Shown here piece after piece: positions 12,647-25,632 of a stretch of DNA of 64,000 bases (position 1 is the first letter of the stretch; each line of letters begins with the position of its first letter). This DNA is from Nemertoderma westbladi. Lineage: Eukaryota > Animalia > Xenacoelomorpha. A model generated the notes under the pieces. That model had not been told where the DNA came from. It searched no databases and saw only the letters and a list, made by a program, of their open reading frames with translations. A program made the position numbers and the translations under genes. The DNA lies in assembly GCA_032718475.1 (NCBI GenBank), contig JAUCBJ010000448.1, positions 1 through 64,000 of the forward strand. Direction: 5' to 3'.

Positions 12647-15600
12647 ATTGGCCCAAAAACGAAGTGTTCGCGTGTGCGCAGCAATATTAAATCTAAAACG
12701 GCCACAAAGACGAAGACAAAGTCGAAGACGGCCACCCTAGTCTTGCGTTAGCTCTTTAGGGATACCAGAATGACGGAGGAGAAGCGTATCTCAGAAAGTA
12801 AGCGAGAACCACCAATAAGATGTTCCTAAACCCCCCCCTCGAATTCGCCAACTAGTGTACAAAACTACTTTTGGGTTGATTCCGTCAAAGGGTTCTCCGT
12901 CTAGGGCCTTTTTGTAGCCTTTTTTGGACCCCTTTCCAAATTGGGAACTTCTACAAGAGATACGGAGATGCGGTTAACGCCATCGGATAGAGAATAAAAA
13001 TTAATGGTACCATAATCTTTTTTGGGAAATTTCCCCCAAGATCTTGTCCGTGATCAGTAAAAGATCAAAAGATCAAAAGATCGGACACACAGGACTTGCT
13101 CCTTTTCAAAAGTGTTGAAAGTCAAAAATGTTTATCTCGGTCTGTTTAGGGGGGTTCTAGTAAGAAAATCTCCAAAAATCAATTTTTGACCAAGATCCGG
13201 ATCTCCAAAGATCAGTGATCTCGGAATCGATTATCTTTATAATGAAGCAGTTTCTTCCAATAAAGATGTATGTAAACACCCCCTAGAATCACCCGATAAG
13301 TCTACCCTAGAAATTTTGGACCGATCCCACAGACGGGTCTCTGGCTAGACACCTTTTGACCAAAATTTTGAAATTTTTCGCTATTTTTGGCCATTTTTTG
13401 CTATTTAATTGTCAAAATGTCAGAAAGTAAGCAAAAACCACCAATAAGATGTTCCGAGAACCCCCACAGAATCGGCCGAGGATCAGCTGAGAGTTTTTTG
13501 GGAGCGATCTGGCCGACGGGTAACCCGCTGGGTCCATTTTGACCCGTTTTTTGACTCTCTTTTTTTAAAAGGTTTGTTCTCGGAAACCGCGTAACTAGCG
13601 ACATTGGGATTAACGCCATTGGAAAGAGCGATAAAACTTGTGTGGAAAACTACCTTTTTGTAGCATGCCGATCAAAATTTCGTCCGTGATCAGCAAAAGA
13701 TCAAAAGATCACAAGATCGGACATACAGGACTTGTTCCTTTTCAAAAGTGATGACAGTAAAAAATGTTTCTCTCGGTCCGTTTAGGGGGGTAGTAAAAAG
13801 AAAAATTCAAAAAAATCAATTTTTGACCAAGATCCGGATCTCCAAAGATCAGTGATCGCGGAATCGATTATCTTCATAATGAAGCAGTTTCTTCCAATAA
13901 AGATGTATGTAAACACCCCCTAGAATCACTCGAGGAATCTACGTTATAAATTTTGGACCGATCCGACAGACGGGTCTCTGGCTAGACACCTTTTGACCAA
14001 AATTTTGCCAATTTTGGCATTTTTTGACCATTTTTTTTTACATAAAATTATCTGTGGAGAAACTAAGCAAATACCACCAATAAGATGTTCCTAGACCCCC
14101 CCTGGAATCGGTCAAGGAATCCAAAGGTTTTTTTTTAAACTGATCCGATTAACGGGTAACCCGCTGGGTCAGTTTTGACCCAAATTTTGACCAATTTTTG
14201 ACTTTCTTTTTTTAAAAGATTTGTTCTCGGAAACCGCGTAACTAGCGACATTGGGACCAACACCATTGGAAAGAGCATAGGCCAAACCCCCAGAAAGATC
14301 TTTTTTGTGGTATATCGACTAAAATTGTGGCGGTGGTCGCGATCATGATCTTGAAAATGATCTTTTCCATAAAATCTTTTCCGAGGACTTTGGGACTAAA
14401 TTTTCTCCATAGAAATCTTTACTGGAATGTTTCCGAGCGATTAAAAGAAATCCCAACTCGCTAGGCCTACCGGTTCCGGAGATATGATCTTTCAAAGTTT
14501 GACCGTCTGATCGCGGGTTATTTTTAATTTAAACGAGTTTTTAGCCAAAACGGCGATAGCTACAACCGTGGGACCAAGGCCATTGGCGAGAGCAGCATCG
14601 AAAACCCCACCTAAGGTTTTTTTGTGCTGTCTTGATCGTAACTTTGGACTTTATGATCTTTACGATCTTTAAAATGATCTTTTGAATAAAAATTTTTCCA
14701 AGTGTTTTTGGATATCATTTTCATAATAGAAATTGTTCACTGGACTGTTCCAAGTTGATTAAATGAAATTTCAACTCGATAGGCCTACCAACGCCAGAGA
14801 TACGAAGATCCAAAATGTGACGTATGATCTTTAAAGATCACTCTATGAAGACTCGGTCGATAATTTTTTTTAAATTAAATGAATGTTAAGAAAGGTCGCG
14901 CGCATCCCACCATTCATCGCGTTCCACGTTGCGGATGACAGCTGCTCCGGAAATCAGACTTTACCAAAAAAAAACCGGATCTTCAAAGATCATTGCTGAA
15001 TAAGTCGAGAACCATGAGGGGTATTAAATAACTTTCAACGGCAATAATATTCGGCTCTTCAATGCGCTTCCAACCATGTATTCGGATTTTTCATAGCATC
15101 GATAGTTTTCGAGATATAGCCTTCGAAACATGGGCATGCCTAAACGGGTGTTTGTACCGGTACCTAGGCCTAGCTGTACATCATTGGAGTGATTTAAACA
15201 TTCAAATCTTAATCATTCGCGACGGGCTACACGCCAGTATTTAAATTTCTGAAAAAGACCCAGAGGTTCCAGAGATATGAAAATTTTTCAAATGTACCTT
15301 GCGTCGATCCATCGTCAAAAACGAAAATTTTTACATCTCAATTTTCACCTTGAAGAATTGATTTTAATGAAAAAGTTTCCAGATGAAAAGTGCCGAGAAT
15401 CATTAATTACCTTCAAGGGGATGAAATTCGAGTCACTAAAATGAATTTTAAAATTTTTTTTGGTTAAAATTTAGTTTGGACCAGGAACGAGGCTTAATCT
15501 AATATACAGTCAGTTGGCGGAGGGAGCGGAGCGACCGGAGCCCCCAAAACTAAAACCCCTGGGTTACTGCCCCCCTTGGGGGGGGATGGGGGGGGAACTA

Positions 15601-16850
15601 TATAAATGGGTTGGTAGGTTCGGTGGTTCTAGAATTTTAGAAATTTACGTAAAAAAAAGTGCAAAAATTTTTCGCTCGCTTCGCTCGCGCCCCCCGCGCG
15701 CATTTTAACTTGTTACTTTTTCAATACCAGTCCTACAATATTATTAACTACATGTTAATCTTAGCTTACGATAATTTCCAACAGCGTCATATAAATATTT
15801 TCCATCCTTACAACTCTAATACTTTTCGCAAAAAATAAATTGTTAATAATATTCAAGTCACATATACAATTACTTGGGTGAGTGTTTGTAACATAGTTGC
15901 ATATATTTACAACATTAAACCTTTGACAAAAAGTCTACAATGTGATGGGCTTACAGAATTTCTCAACAGACAATTATGCTCGCCAGCAATGGTGGGGTGT
16001 CATAATGTCCCCCCCCCCTGGTAGTATACCATCTGGTGGTACTGCATGCCATACGTCTGTGACTTATTAAAATCTCAAAAAAAAATTGTATTTCTTACTT
16101 ATAGTGTTTAGATTAAGTCAATAAATACATACTTTATTTATATTCACATTTTAAATGTTTAAAAACTCAAAAAAATTTTCGCTCGATTTGCTTGTGCAGC
16201 ACCCTGTCTTTTGAAATGTAAAAAAACGTCAAAAAATTTTCCGCTCGCTTCGCTCGCGCAGCGCCCTCCCTTTTTAACTGTCAAAAAAATTTAAAAGTTT
16301 TCCGCTCGCTTCGCTCGCAAGTGGTCCTTGCATTCAGTGTTTTCACAAAGTAAATAAATACATACTTTACACTATTTTTCAGGTGATATATATTATTCGT
16401 GTGACGAAATGATTCCATCTTGCACACTGCGTATATTCTACATTACAGGTGTGCAATAATAATAAATGAGGGGTTTTTAGACCACCTCTTGACATCTACT
16501 TTAGTAACATATATATAACATACATGTGCAATGCACATTTTGTCCCTCCACGTGGATTGAAAGTGTACAACATTCTACCCCCCCCCCCCCCCTTCCACAT
16601 TTACACTCCCAGGAGTTCCCTATGCTTGCCTTTTTGCTTGCCTTTTTATTAACACTTTACTATACGACCCTAGGGTAGTATACCCCCTGGTGGGGTCCTA
16701 CTGCATGCCATACGTCTGTGACTTACAAGTGCCCCACTCGGCTATAGAAGTATACCCCCTGGTGGGGTCCTACTGCTGTACGCCATACGTCTGTGACTCT
16801 AAGTGCCCCACTCGGCTATAAAGAGTGCCCCTAGTTTTTTCCCTGGATGT
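12647..16850 (+). mobile_element. Unit 5, long family B variant (4204 bp)
   Basis: B head and B tail. The ACCACCAATAAGATGTTCC box occurs three times (12808, 13437, 14073), with extra 3' sequence at about 16060-16620. Ends at junction 16843-16850. Confidence 0.78.
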
Positions 16851-19072
16851 TTTGGGCCCAATCGGCAAGGATTGTTGATCTACGATCGTCTTATATCCCC
16901 CCGCCCCCCCACCCTTCGAGTTGTTCCTCGAACCATATGTTAGGCGTTTATCGCGCTTTAGGGGTAGCCTTTTTTAGATTGAAGAAGGCTATCTCTGAAA
17001 GTAGGCGAAAACCACCAATAAGATGTTCCTAGACCCCCCCCAGAATGGGCCAACTAAGAACAGAGAAATTTTTGGGACCGATCCGATGGACCGTTAACCC
17101 GCTGGGTCGATTTTGACCCGTTTTTGACCCATTTTTAGGGTAGCAATTTTAAAAAGCTTAATTTTTTGGGAAGATCGTCACCCCGGAAGATGGGACCAAC
17201 GCAGTTGGATAGAGGAAGGTCCAAACCCTTGGAAAGTAATGTTTCAGTTAATATCGATCAACTTTCCGTCCGTGATCAGTAAAAGATCGTAAAGATCGTG
17301 TTTGACCGCGAATCGGACAGAGAAGGAGTGCTCCAATCGAAAAGTGGTCAAAGTCAAAAGTGTTTCTCATCCCCGATTTAGGGGGGGTAGCCAAAATTTC
17401 AAAACGTCAAAATTAATTTTTCATCAAGATCATGATCTTCGAAAAGATCATAAAAATAAAATTTTTTCCAAGACATTTGGAGCTTAATTTTCTTAATAGA
17501 AATTGTTTACTGGACTGTTTCGAGGTGATTAAAAGAAATTCCAACTCGATTGGCCTACCGGTACCGGAGATATGAAGATCCAAAGTCTGACGTTTGATCT
17601 TTGAAGATCGCTCTATGAAGACTCGGTCGATAAATTTTTTTAAATAATATGAATGTTTAGAAAGGTGGCGCGCTTCCAACAATGTATCGCGTTTCAAGAT
17701 GCGGATGACAGCTGCTCCGGAAATCAGACTTTACCAAAAAAAAACCGGATCTCCAAAGATCATTGATGAATAAGTCGAGAACCGTAAGAGATATTGGAAA
17801 ACTTTCAACGGCAATAATATTCGCCTCTTCAATACGCTTCGAACCATGTATTCGGATTTTTCATACTGTCGATATTTTTCGAGATACAGCCTTCGGAACA
17901 TTGGTATGCCTAAACGGGTGTTTGTACCGGTACCTAGGCCTAGCTGTGCTTATTTTATTTCAATTATACATTCGGATCGTCATCATTTGCGACGGGCTAC
18001 ACGCCAGTTTTTAAATTTTTGAAAAAGACCCAGCGGTTCCAGAGATATGAAAATTTTTCAAATGTACCTCGCGTCGATCGAAAAGTGCCGTCGTCGAAAA
18101 CGGAAAATTTTAAAACTCAATTTTCACCAAGAAGAATTCACTTTGGTGAAAAAGTTTCCAGATGAAAAGTGCTTAGAATCATTAATTACATACAAGGAGA
18201 TGAAATTCGAGTCACTAAAATGAATTAAAAAAAAAAAAATTTCAAAAAGTAAAATTTTTCCAAGTATTGATATTAGATAGGTTTATTAGTTATGCATTTG
18301 AATTTAACTTTAACCTTATGATATTGTATTGACTATAGAGAGTATTAGAAGGTTGTATAATGTTCTTTAAAAGTCAAAAAATTTTTCGCTCGCTTCGCTC
18401 GCAGGTCGCCCCCTTTACATTACTCAAACCATTTGGCGGAGGGAGCGGAAGCGACCGACGCCCCCTTTTTGGAGGGGGGGTATGGGGGGGGCGATTCCCC
18501 GCCCCCCACATGCTGTTTTTAAAATGGGATGGTGGGTGGGTTTATTTATTCATTAACATTTCCGTTCATTGTAAGTTTAGTGATTGGTGGGGGTGGTGGG
18601 GGTTAACCCCCACATTATTCGAAGTTTAGTTAGTGGTAAGTTTGGTGGGGGTGGTGGGGGTCATCCCCCACTTTCGCATTTCATTATATGGGATGTTTTT
18701 TTGAACCTTATTCTGAAAACTCTTGCATTCTCCTATAAAAGAGCACTTTGATTTATAAAAGAGCGCTTTGATTTCTAAATGTCACTGTGCCGGGGAGGCA
18801 CCAGACATAATAATATTAGTACTAAGGACTGGTGCATGAGGAGGGCGGCTGCCAAGTATAACGTCTGTGACCTACTTCTGCGACATACGTCTGTGACTTA
18901 TATCTGTGACTTACGTCTGTGACATATGACCTACATCTATCTGTGACCTACGTCTGTGACCTACGTCTGTGACTGACTTACGTCTGTGACTAAAAAGAGG
19001 GTTTTTGATCCCTACCCACTACACAAGTGCCCCACTCGGCTACAGAGAGTGCTAGTGGATTTACCTGGATGT
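16851..19072 (+). mobile_element. Unit 6, non-coding family C (2222 bp)
   Basis: Ends at junction 19065-19072. Near-identical to units 8 and 9. Confidence 0.8.
18861..18992 (+). repeat. About 13-bp TACGTCTGTGAC tandem repeats in the family C tail
   Basis: About 9 degenerate copies, also at about 23200-23335 and 25420-25552. Single copy in B tails. Confidence 0.85.
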
Positions 19073-21193
19073 TCTGGCCCCAAAACGAAGTGTTCGCGTA
19101 TGCGCAGCAATATTAAATCTAAAACGGCCACAAAGACGAAGACAAAGTCGAAGACGGCCACCCTAGTCTTGCGTTAGCTCTTTAGGGATACCATTTTTGC
19201 GGAGGAGAAGCTTATCTCAGAAAGTAAGCTAGAACCACCAATAAGATGTTCCTAGACCCCCCCCCAGAATCGACTGAAAAGTCCGCAAGACTTTTTTTGG
19301 AGCGATCCGGCCGACGGGTAACCCGCTGGGTCCATTTTGACCCGTTTTTTCCCATTTTTCGGAGTAGAAATTTTTAAAGCATTTGTTTGAGAGAACGACG
19401 CTCTCCCCCCAACAAGGGGCCAACGCAGTTCGAAAGAGCAAGGTCCAAACCCCCCAAAAGTACCTTTTGGGTATACGCCGACAAATATTTTGTCCGCGAT
19501 CAGTAAAAGATCATGAAGATCGTGTTTGATCGCGAATCGGACAGAGAAGGAGTTTCCACATCTGAAAATGGTCTAGCCCATCGTCTTTCTCGTCCCCGAA
19601 TTGTGGGGGGTAGCCGGAAGCCCAATTTCTCAAAATTTATTCTTGACCATGATCGCGATCGTCGAAAAGATCGTAAATGATCTTTAACTTTAAAGCTATT
19701 TGGGACTTAATTTTCTTAATAGAAATTGTTGACTGGACTGTTGCGAGTTGATTAAAAGAAATTTCAACTCGATAGGCCTACCCGTACCGGAGATACAAAG
19801 ATCCAAAGTCTGACGTATGATCTTTAAAGATCACCCTATGATGACTCGGTCGGTAATTTTTTTTAAATTAAATGAATGTTTAGAAAGGTCGCGCGCATCC
19901 AACCATGCATCGCGTTCCACGTTGCGGATGACAGCTGCTCCGGAAATCAGACTTTACCAAAAAAAAACCGGATCTTCAAAGATCATTGCCGAATAAGTCG
20001 AGAACCGTAAGGGCTATGAAAAAACTTTCAACGGCAATAATATTCGCCTCTTCAATGCGCTTCCAACCATGTATTTGGATTTTTCGTAGCGTCGATATTT
20101 TTCGAGATATAGCCTTCGAAACGTGGGTATGCCAAAACGGGTCTTTGTACCGGTACCTAGGCCTAGCTGTACACGATTGGAGTGATTTAAACAGTGGAAT
20201 CTTAATGATTCGCGACGGGCTACACGCCAGTTTTTAAATTTCTGAAAAAGACCCAGCGGTTGCAGAGATATGAAAATTTTTCAAATGTACCTCGCGTCGA
20301 TCGAAAAGTGCCATCGTCGAAAACGAAAAATTTTAAATCTCAATTTTCACCATGAAGAATTGATTTTGATGAAAAAGTCTCCAGATGAAAAGTGCTCAGA
20401 ATCATTAATTACCTACAAGGGGATGAAATTCGAGTCACTAAAATGAATTTTAAAATTTTTTTTGGTTAAAATTTAGTTTGGACCAGGAACGAGGCTTAAT
20501 CTAATATACAGTCAGTTGGCGGAGGGAGCGGAGCGACCGGAGCCCCCAAAACTAAAACCCCTGGGTTACTGCCCCCCCTTGGGGGGGATGGGGGGGGGGG
20601 ACTATATAAATGGGTTGGTAGGTTCGGTGGTTCTAGAATTTTACAATTTACGTAAAAAAAAAGTGCAAAAATTTTTCGCTCGCTTCGCTCGCGCCCCCCG
20701 CGCGCATTTTCACTTGTTACTTTTTCAATAAAGTCCTACAATATTATTAACTACATGTAAATCGAAGCTTACGATAATTTCCAACAGCGTCATATAAATA
20801 TTTTCCATCCTTACAACTCTAATACTTTTCGCAAAAAATAAATTGTTAATAATATTCAAGTCACATATACAACTACTTGGGTGAGTGTTTGTAACATAGT
20901 TGCATATATTTACAACATTAAACCTTTGACAAAAAGTATACAATGTGATGGGCTTACAGAATTTCACAATAAGAAATCTATTCTCGCCAGCAATGGCGGG
21001 GGTGTCATAATATGCCCCCCAACCTGTCCTCCTCCTCAGCCTGCTGTTGGACTCCCTGTTTTAACAACACTTTACTATACGACCCTCTGGTAGTATACCC
21101 CCTGGTGGGGTCCTACTGCTGTACGCCATACGTCTGTGACTACAAGTGCCCCACTCGGCTATAAAGAGTGCCCCTAGTTTTTTCCCTGGATGT
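19073..21193 (+). mobile_element. Unit 7, non-coding family B (2121 bp)
   Basis: Ends at junction 21186-21193. Confidence 0.8.
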
Positions 21194-23413
21194 TTTGGGC
21201 CTCAATCGGAAAGGATTGTTGATCTACGATCGTCTTATATCCCCCCGCCCCCCCACCCTTCGAGTTGTTCCTCGAACCATATGTTAGGCGTTTATCGCGC
21301 TTTAGGGATAGCCTTTTTTAGATTGAAGAAGGCTATCTCTGAAAGTAGGCGAAAACCACCAATAAGATGTTCCTAGACCCCCCCCAGAATGGGCCAACTA
21401 AGCCACAGAGACTTTTTTGGGACCGATCCGATCGACCGTTAACCCGCTGGGTCGATTTTGACCCGTTTTTGACCCATTTTTAGGGTAGCAATTTTAAAAA
21501 GCTTAATTTTTTGGGAAGATCGTCACCCCGGAAGATGGGACCAACGCAGTTGGATAGAGGAAGGTCCAAACCCTAGGAAAGTAATGTTTCAGTTCATATC
21601 GATCAACTTTCCGTCCGTGATCAGTAAAAGATCGTAAAGATCGTGTTTGACCGCGAATCGGACAGAGAAGGAGTGCTCCAATCGAAAAGTGGTCAAAGTC
21701 AAAAGTGTTTCTCATCCCCGATTTAGGGGGGGTAGCCAAAATTTCAAAACGTCAAAATTAATTTTTCATCAAGATCATGATCTTCGAAAAGATCGTAAAA
21801 ATAAAATTTTTTCCAAGACATTTGGAGCTTAATTATCTTAATAGAAATTGTTTACTGGACTGTTTCGAGGTGATTAAAAGAAATTCCAACTCGATTGGCC
21901 TACCGGTACCGGAGATATGAAGATCCAAAGTCTGACGTATGATCTTTGAAGATCGCTCTATGAAGACTCGGTCGATAAATTTATTTAAATAATATGAATG
22001 TTTAGAAAGGTGGCGCGCTTCCAACAATGTATCGCGTTTCAAGATGCGGATGACTGCTGCTCCGGAAATCAGACTTTACCAAAAAAAAACCGGATCTCCA
22101 AAGATCATTGATGAATAAGTCGAGAACCGTAAGAGGTATTAGAAAACTTTCAACGGCAATAATATTCGCCTCTTCAATACGCTTCGAACCATGTATTCGG
22201 AATTTTCGTACTGTTGATAGTTTTCGAGATACAGCCTTCGGAACATTGGTATGCCTAAACGCGTGTTTGTACCGGTACCTAGGCCTAGCTGTGCTTATTT
22301 TATTTCAATTATACATTCGGATCGTCATCATTTGCGACGGGCTACCCGCCAGTCTTTAAATTTTTGAAAAAGACCCAGCGGTTCCAGAGATATGAAAATT
22401 TTTCAAATGTACCTCGCGTCGATCGAAAAGTGCCGTCGTTGAAAACGGAAAATTTTAAAACTCAATTTTCACCAAAAAGAATTGACTTTGGTGAAAAAGT
22501 TTCCAGATGAAAAGTGCTTAGAATCATTAATTACATACAAGGAGATGAAATTCGAGTCACTAAAATGAATTAAAAAAAAAAAATTTCAAAAAGTAAAATT
22601 TTTCCAAGTATTGATATTAGATAGGTTTATTAGTTATGCATTTGAATTTAACTTTAACCTATGATATTGTATTGACTCTAGAGAGTAATGGAAGGTTGTA
22701 TAATGTTCTTTAAAAGTCAAAAAAATTTTCGCTCGCTTCGCTCGCGGGTCGCCCCCTTTACATTTCTCAAACCATTTGGCGGAGGGAGCGGAAGCGACCG
22801 ACGCCCCCTTTTTGGAGGGGGGGTATGGGGGGGCGATTCCCCGCCCCCCACATGCTGTTTTTAAAATGGGATGGTGGGTGGGTTTATTTATTCATTATCA
22901 TTTCTGTTCATTGTAAGTTTAGTTATTGGTGGGGGTGGTGGGGGTTAACCCCCACATTATTCAAAGTTTAGTTAGTGGTAAGTTTGGTGGGGGTGGTGGG
23001 GGTTATCCCCCACTTTCTCATTTCATTATATGGGATGTTTTTTTGAACCTTATTCTGAAAACTCTTGCATTCTCCTATAAAAGAGCACTTTGATTTATAA
23101 AAGAGCGCTTTGATTTCTAAATGTCACTGTGCCGGGGAGGCACCAGACATAATAATATTAGTACAAGGACTGGTGCATGAGGAGGGCGGCTGCCAAGTAT
23201 AACGTCTGTGACCTACTTCTGCGACATACGTCTGTGACTTATATCTGTGACTTACGTCTGTGACATATGACCTACATCTATCTGTGACCTACGTCTGTGA
23301 CCTACGTCTGTGACTGACTTACGTCTGTGACTAAAAAGAGGGTTTTTGATCCCTACCCACTACAAAAGTGCCCCACTCGGCTACAGAGAGTGCTAGTGGA
23401 TTTACCTGGATGT
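21194..23413 (+). mobile_element. Unit 8, non-coding family C (2220 bp)
   Basis: Ends at junction 23406-23413. Confidence 0.8.
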
Positions 23414-25632
23414 TTTGGGCCCAATCGAGAAGGATTGTTGATCTACGATCGTCTTATATCCCCCCGCCCCCCCACCCTTCGAGTTGTTCCTCGAACCATA
23501 TGTTAGGCGTTTATCGCGCTTTAGGGATAGCCTTTTTTAGATTGAAGAAGGCTATCTCTGAAAGTAGGCGAAAACCACCAATAAGATGTTCCTAGACCCC
23601 CCCCAGAATGGGCCAACTAAGAACAGAGAAATTTTTGGGACCGATCCGATGGACCGTTAACCCGCTGGGTCGATTTTGACCCGTTTTTGACCCATTTTTA
23701 GGGTAGCAATTTTAAAAAGCTTAATTTTTTGGGAAGATCGTCACCCCGGAAGATGGGACCAACGCAGTTGGATAGAGGAAGGTCCAAACCCTAGGAAAGT
23801 CTTTTTGGTTAATATCGATCAACTTTCCGTCCGTGATCAGTAAAAGATCGTAAAGATCGTGTTTGACCGCGAATCGGACAGAGAAGGAGTGCTCCAATCG
23901 AAAAGTGGTCAAAGTCAAAAGTGTTTCTCATCCCCGATTTAGGGGGGGTAGCCAAAATTTCAAAACGTCAAAATTAATTTTTCATCAAGATCATGATCTT
24001 CGAAAAGATCATAAAAATAAAATTTTTTCTAAGACATTTGGAGCTTAATTTTCTTAATAGAAATTGTTTACTGGACTGTTTCGAGGTGATTAAAAGAAAT
24101 TCCAACTCGATTGGCCTACCGGTACCGGAGATATGAAGATCCAAAGTCTGACGTATGATCTTTGAAGATCGCTCTATGAAGACTCGGTCGATAAATTTTT
24201 TTAAATAATATGAATGTTTAGAAAGGTGGCGCGCTTCCAACAATGTATCGCGTTTCAAGATGCGGATGACAGCTGCTCCGGAAATCAGACTTTACAAAAA
24301 AAAAACCGGATCTCCAAAGATCATTGATGAATAAGTCGAGAACCATAAGAGATATTCGAAAACTTTCAACGGCAATAATATTCGCCTCTTCAATACGCTT
24401 CGAACCATGTATTCGGATTTTCCATACTGTCGATATTTTTCGAGATACAGCCTTCGGAACATTGGTATGCCTAAACGGGTGTTTGTACCGGTACCTAGGC
24501 CTAGCTGTGCTTATTTTATTTCAATTATACATTCGGATCGTCATCATTTGCGACGGGCTACACGCCAGTTTTTAAATTTTTGAAAAAGACCCAACGGTTC
24601 CAGAGATATGAAAATTTTTCAAATGTACCTCGCGTCGATCGAAAAGTGGCGTCGTCGAAAACGGAAAATTTTAAAACTCAATTTTCACCAAGAAGAATTG
24701 ACTTTGGTGAAAAAGTTTCCAGATGAAAAGTGCTTAGAATCATTAATTACATACAAGGAGATGAAATTCGAGTCACTAAAATGAATTAAAAAAAAAAAAA
24801 TTTCAAAAAGTAAAATTTTTCCAAGTATTGATATTAGATAGGTTTATTAGTTATGCATTTGAATTTAACTTTAACCTTATGATATTGTATTGACTATAGA
24901 GAGTATTAGAAGGTTGTATAATGTTCTTTAAAAGTCAAAAAATTTTTCGCTCGCTTCGCTCGCAGGTCGCCCCCTTTACATTACTCAAACCATTTGGCGG
25001 AGGGAGCGGAAGCGACCGACGCCCCCTTTTTGGAGGGGGGGTATGGGGGGGGCGATTCCCCGCCCCCCACATGCTGTTTTTAAAATGGGATGGTGGGTGG
25101 GTTTACTTATTCATTATCATTTCTGTTCATTGTAAGTTTAGTTATTGGTGGGGGTGGTGGGGGTTAACCCCCACATTATTCAAAGTTTAGTTAGTGGTAA
25201 GTTTGGTGGGGGTGGTGGGGGTTATCCCCCACTTGCACATTTCATTATATGGGATGTTTTTTTGAACCTTATTCTGAAAACTCTTGCATTCTCCTATAAA
25301 AGAGCACTTTGATTTATAAAAGAGCGCTTTGATTTCTAAATGTCACTGTGCCGGGGAGGCACCAGACATAATAATATTAGTACAAGGACTGGTGCATGAG
25401 GAGGGCGGCTGCCAAGTATAACGTCTGTGACCTACTTCTGCGACATACGTCTGTGACTTATATCTGTGACTTACGTCTGTGACGTATGACCTACATCTAT
25501 CTGTGACCTACGTCTGTGACCTACGTCTGTGACTGACTTACGTCTGTGACTAAAAAGAGGGTTTTTGATCCCTACCTACTACTAAAGTGCCCCACTCGGC
25601 TACAGAGAGTGCTAGTCGATTTCCCTGGATGT
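23414..25632 (+). mobile_element. Unit 9, non-coding family C (2219 bp)
   Basis: Ends at junction 25625-25632. Confidence 0.8.
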
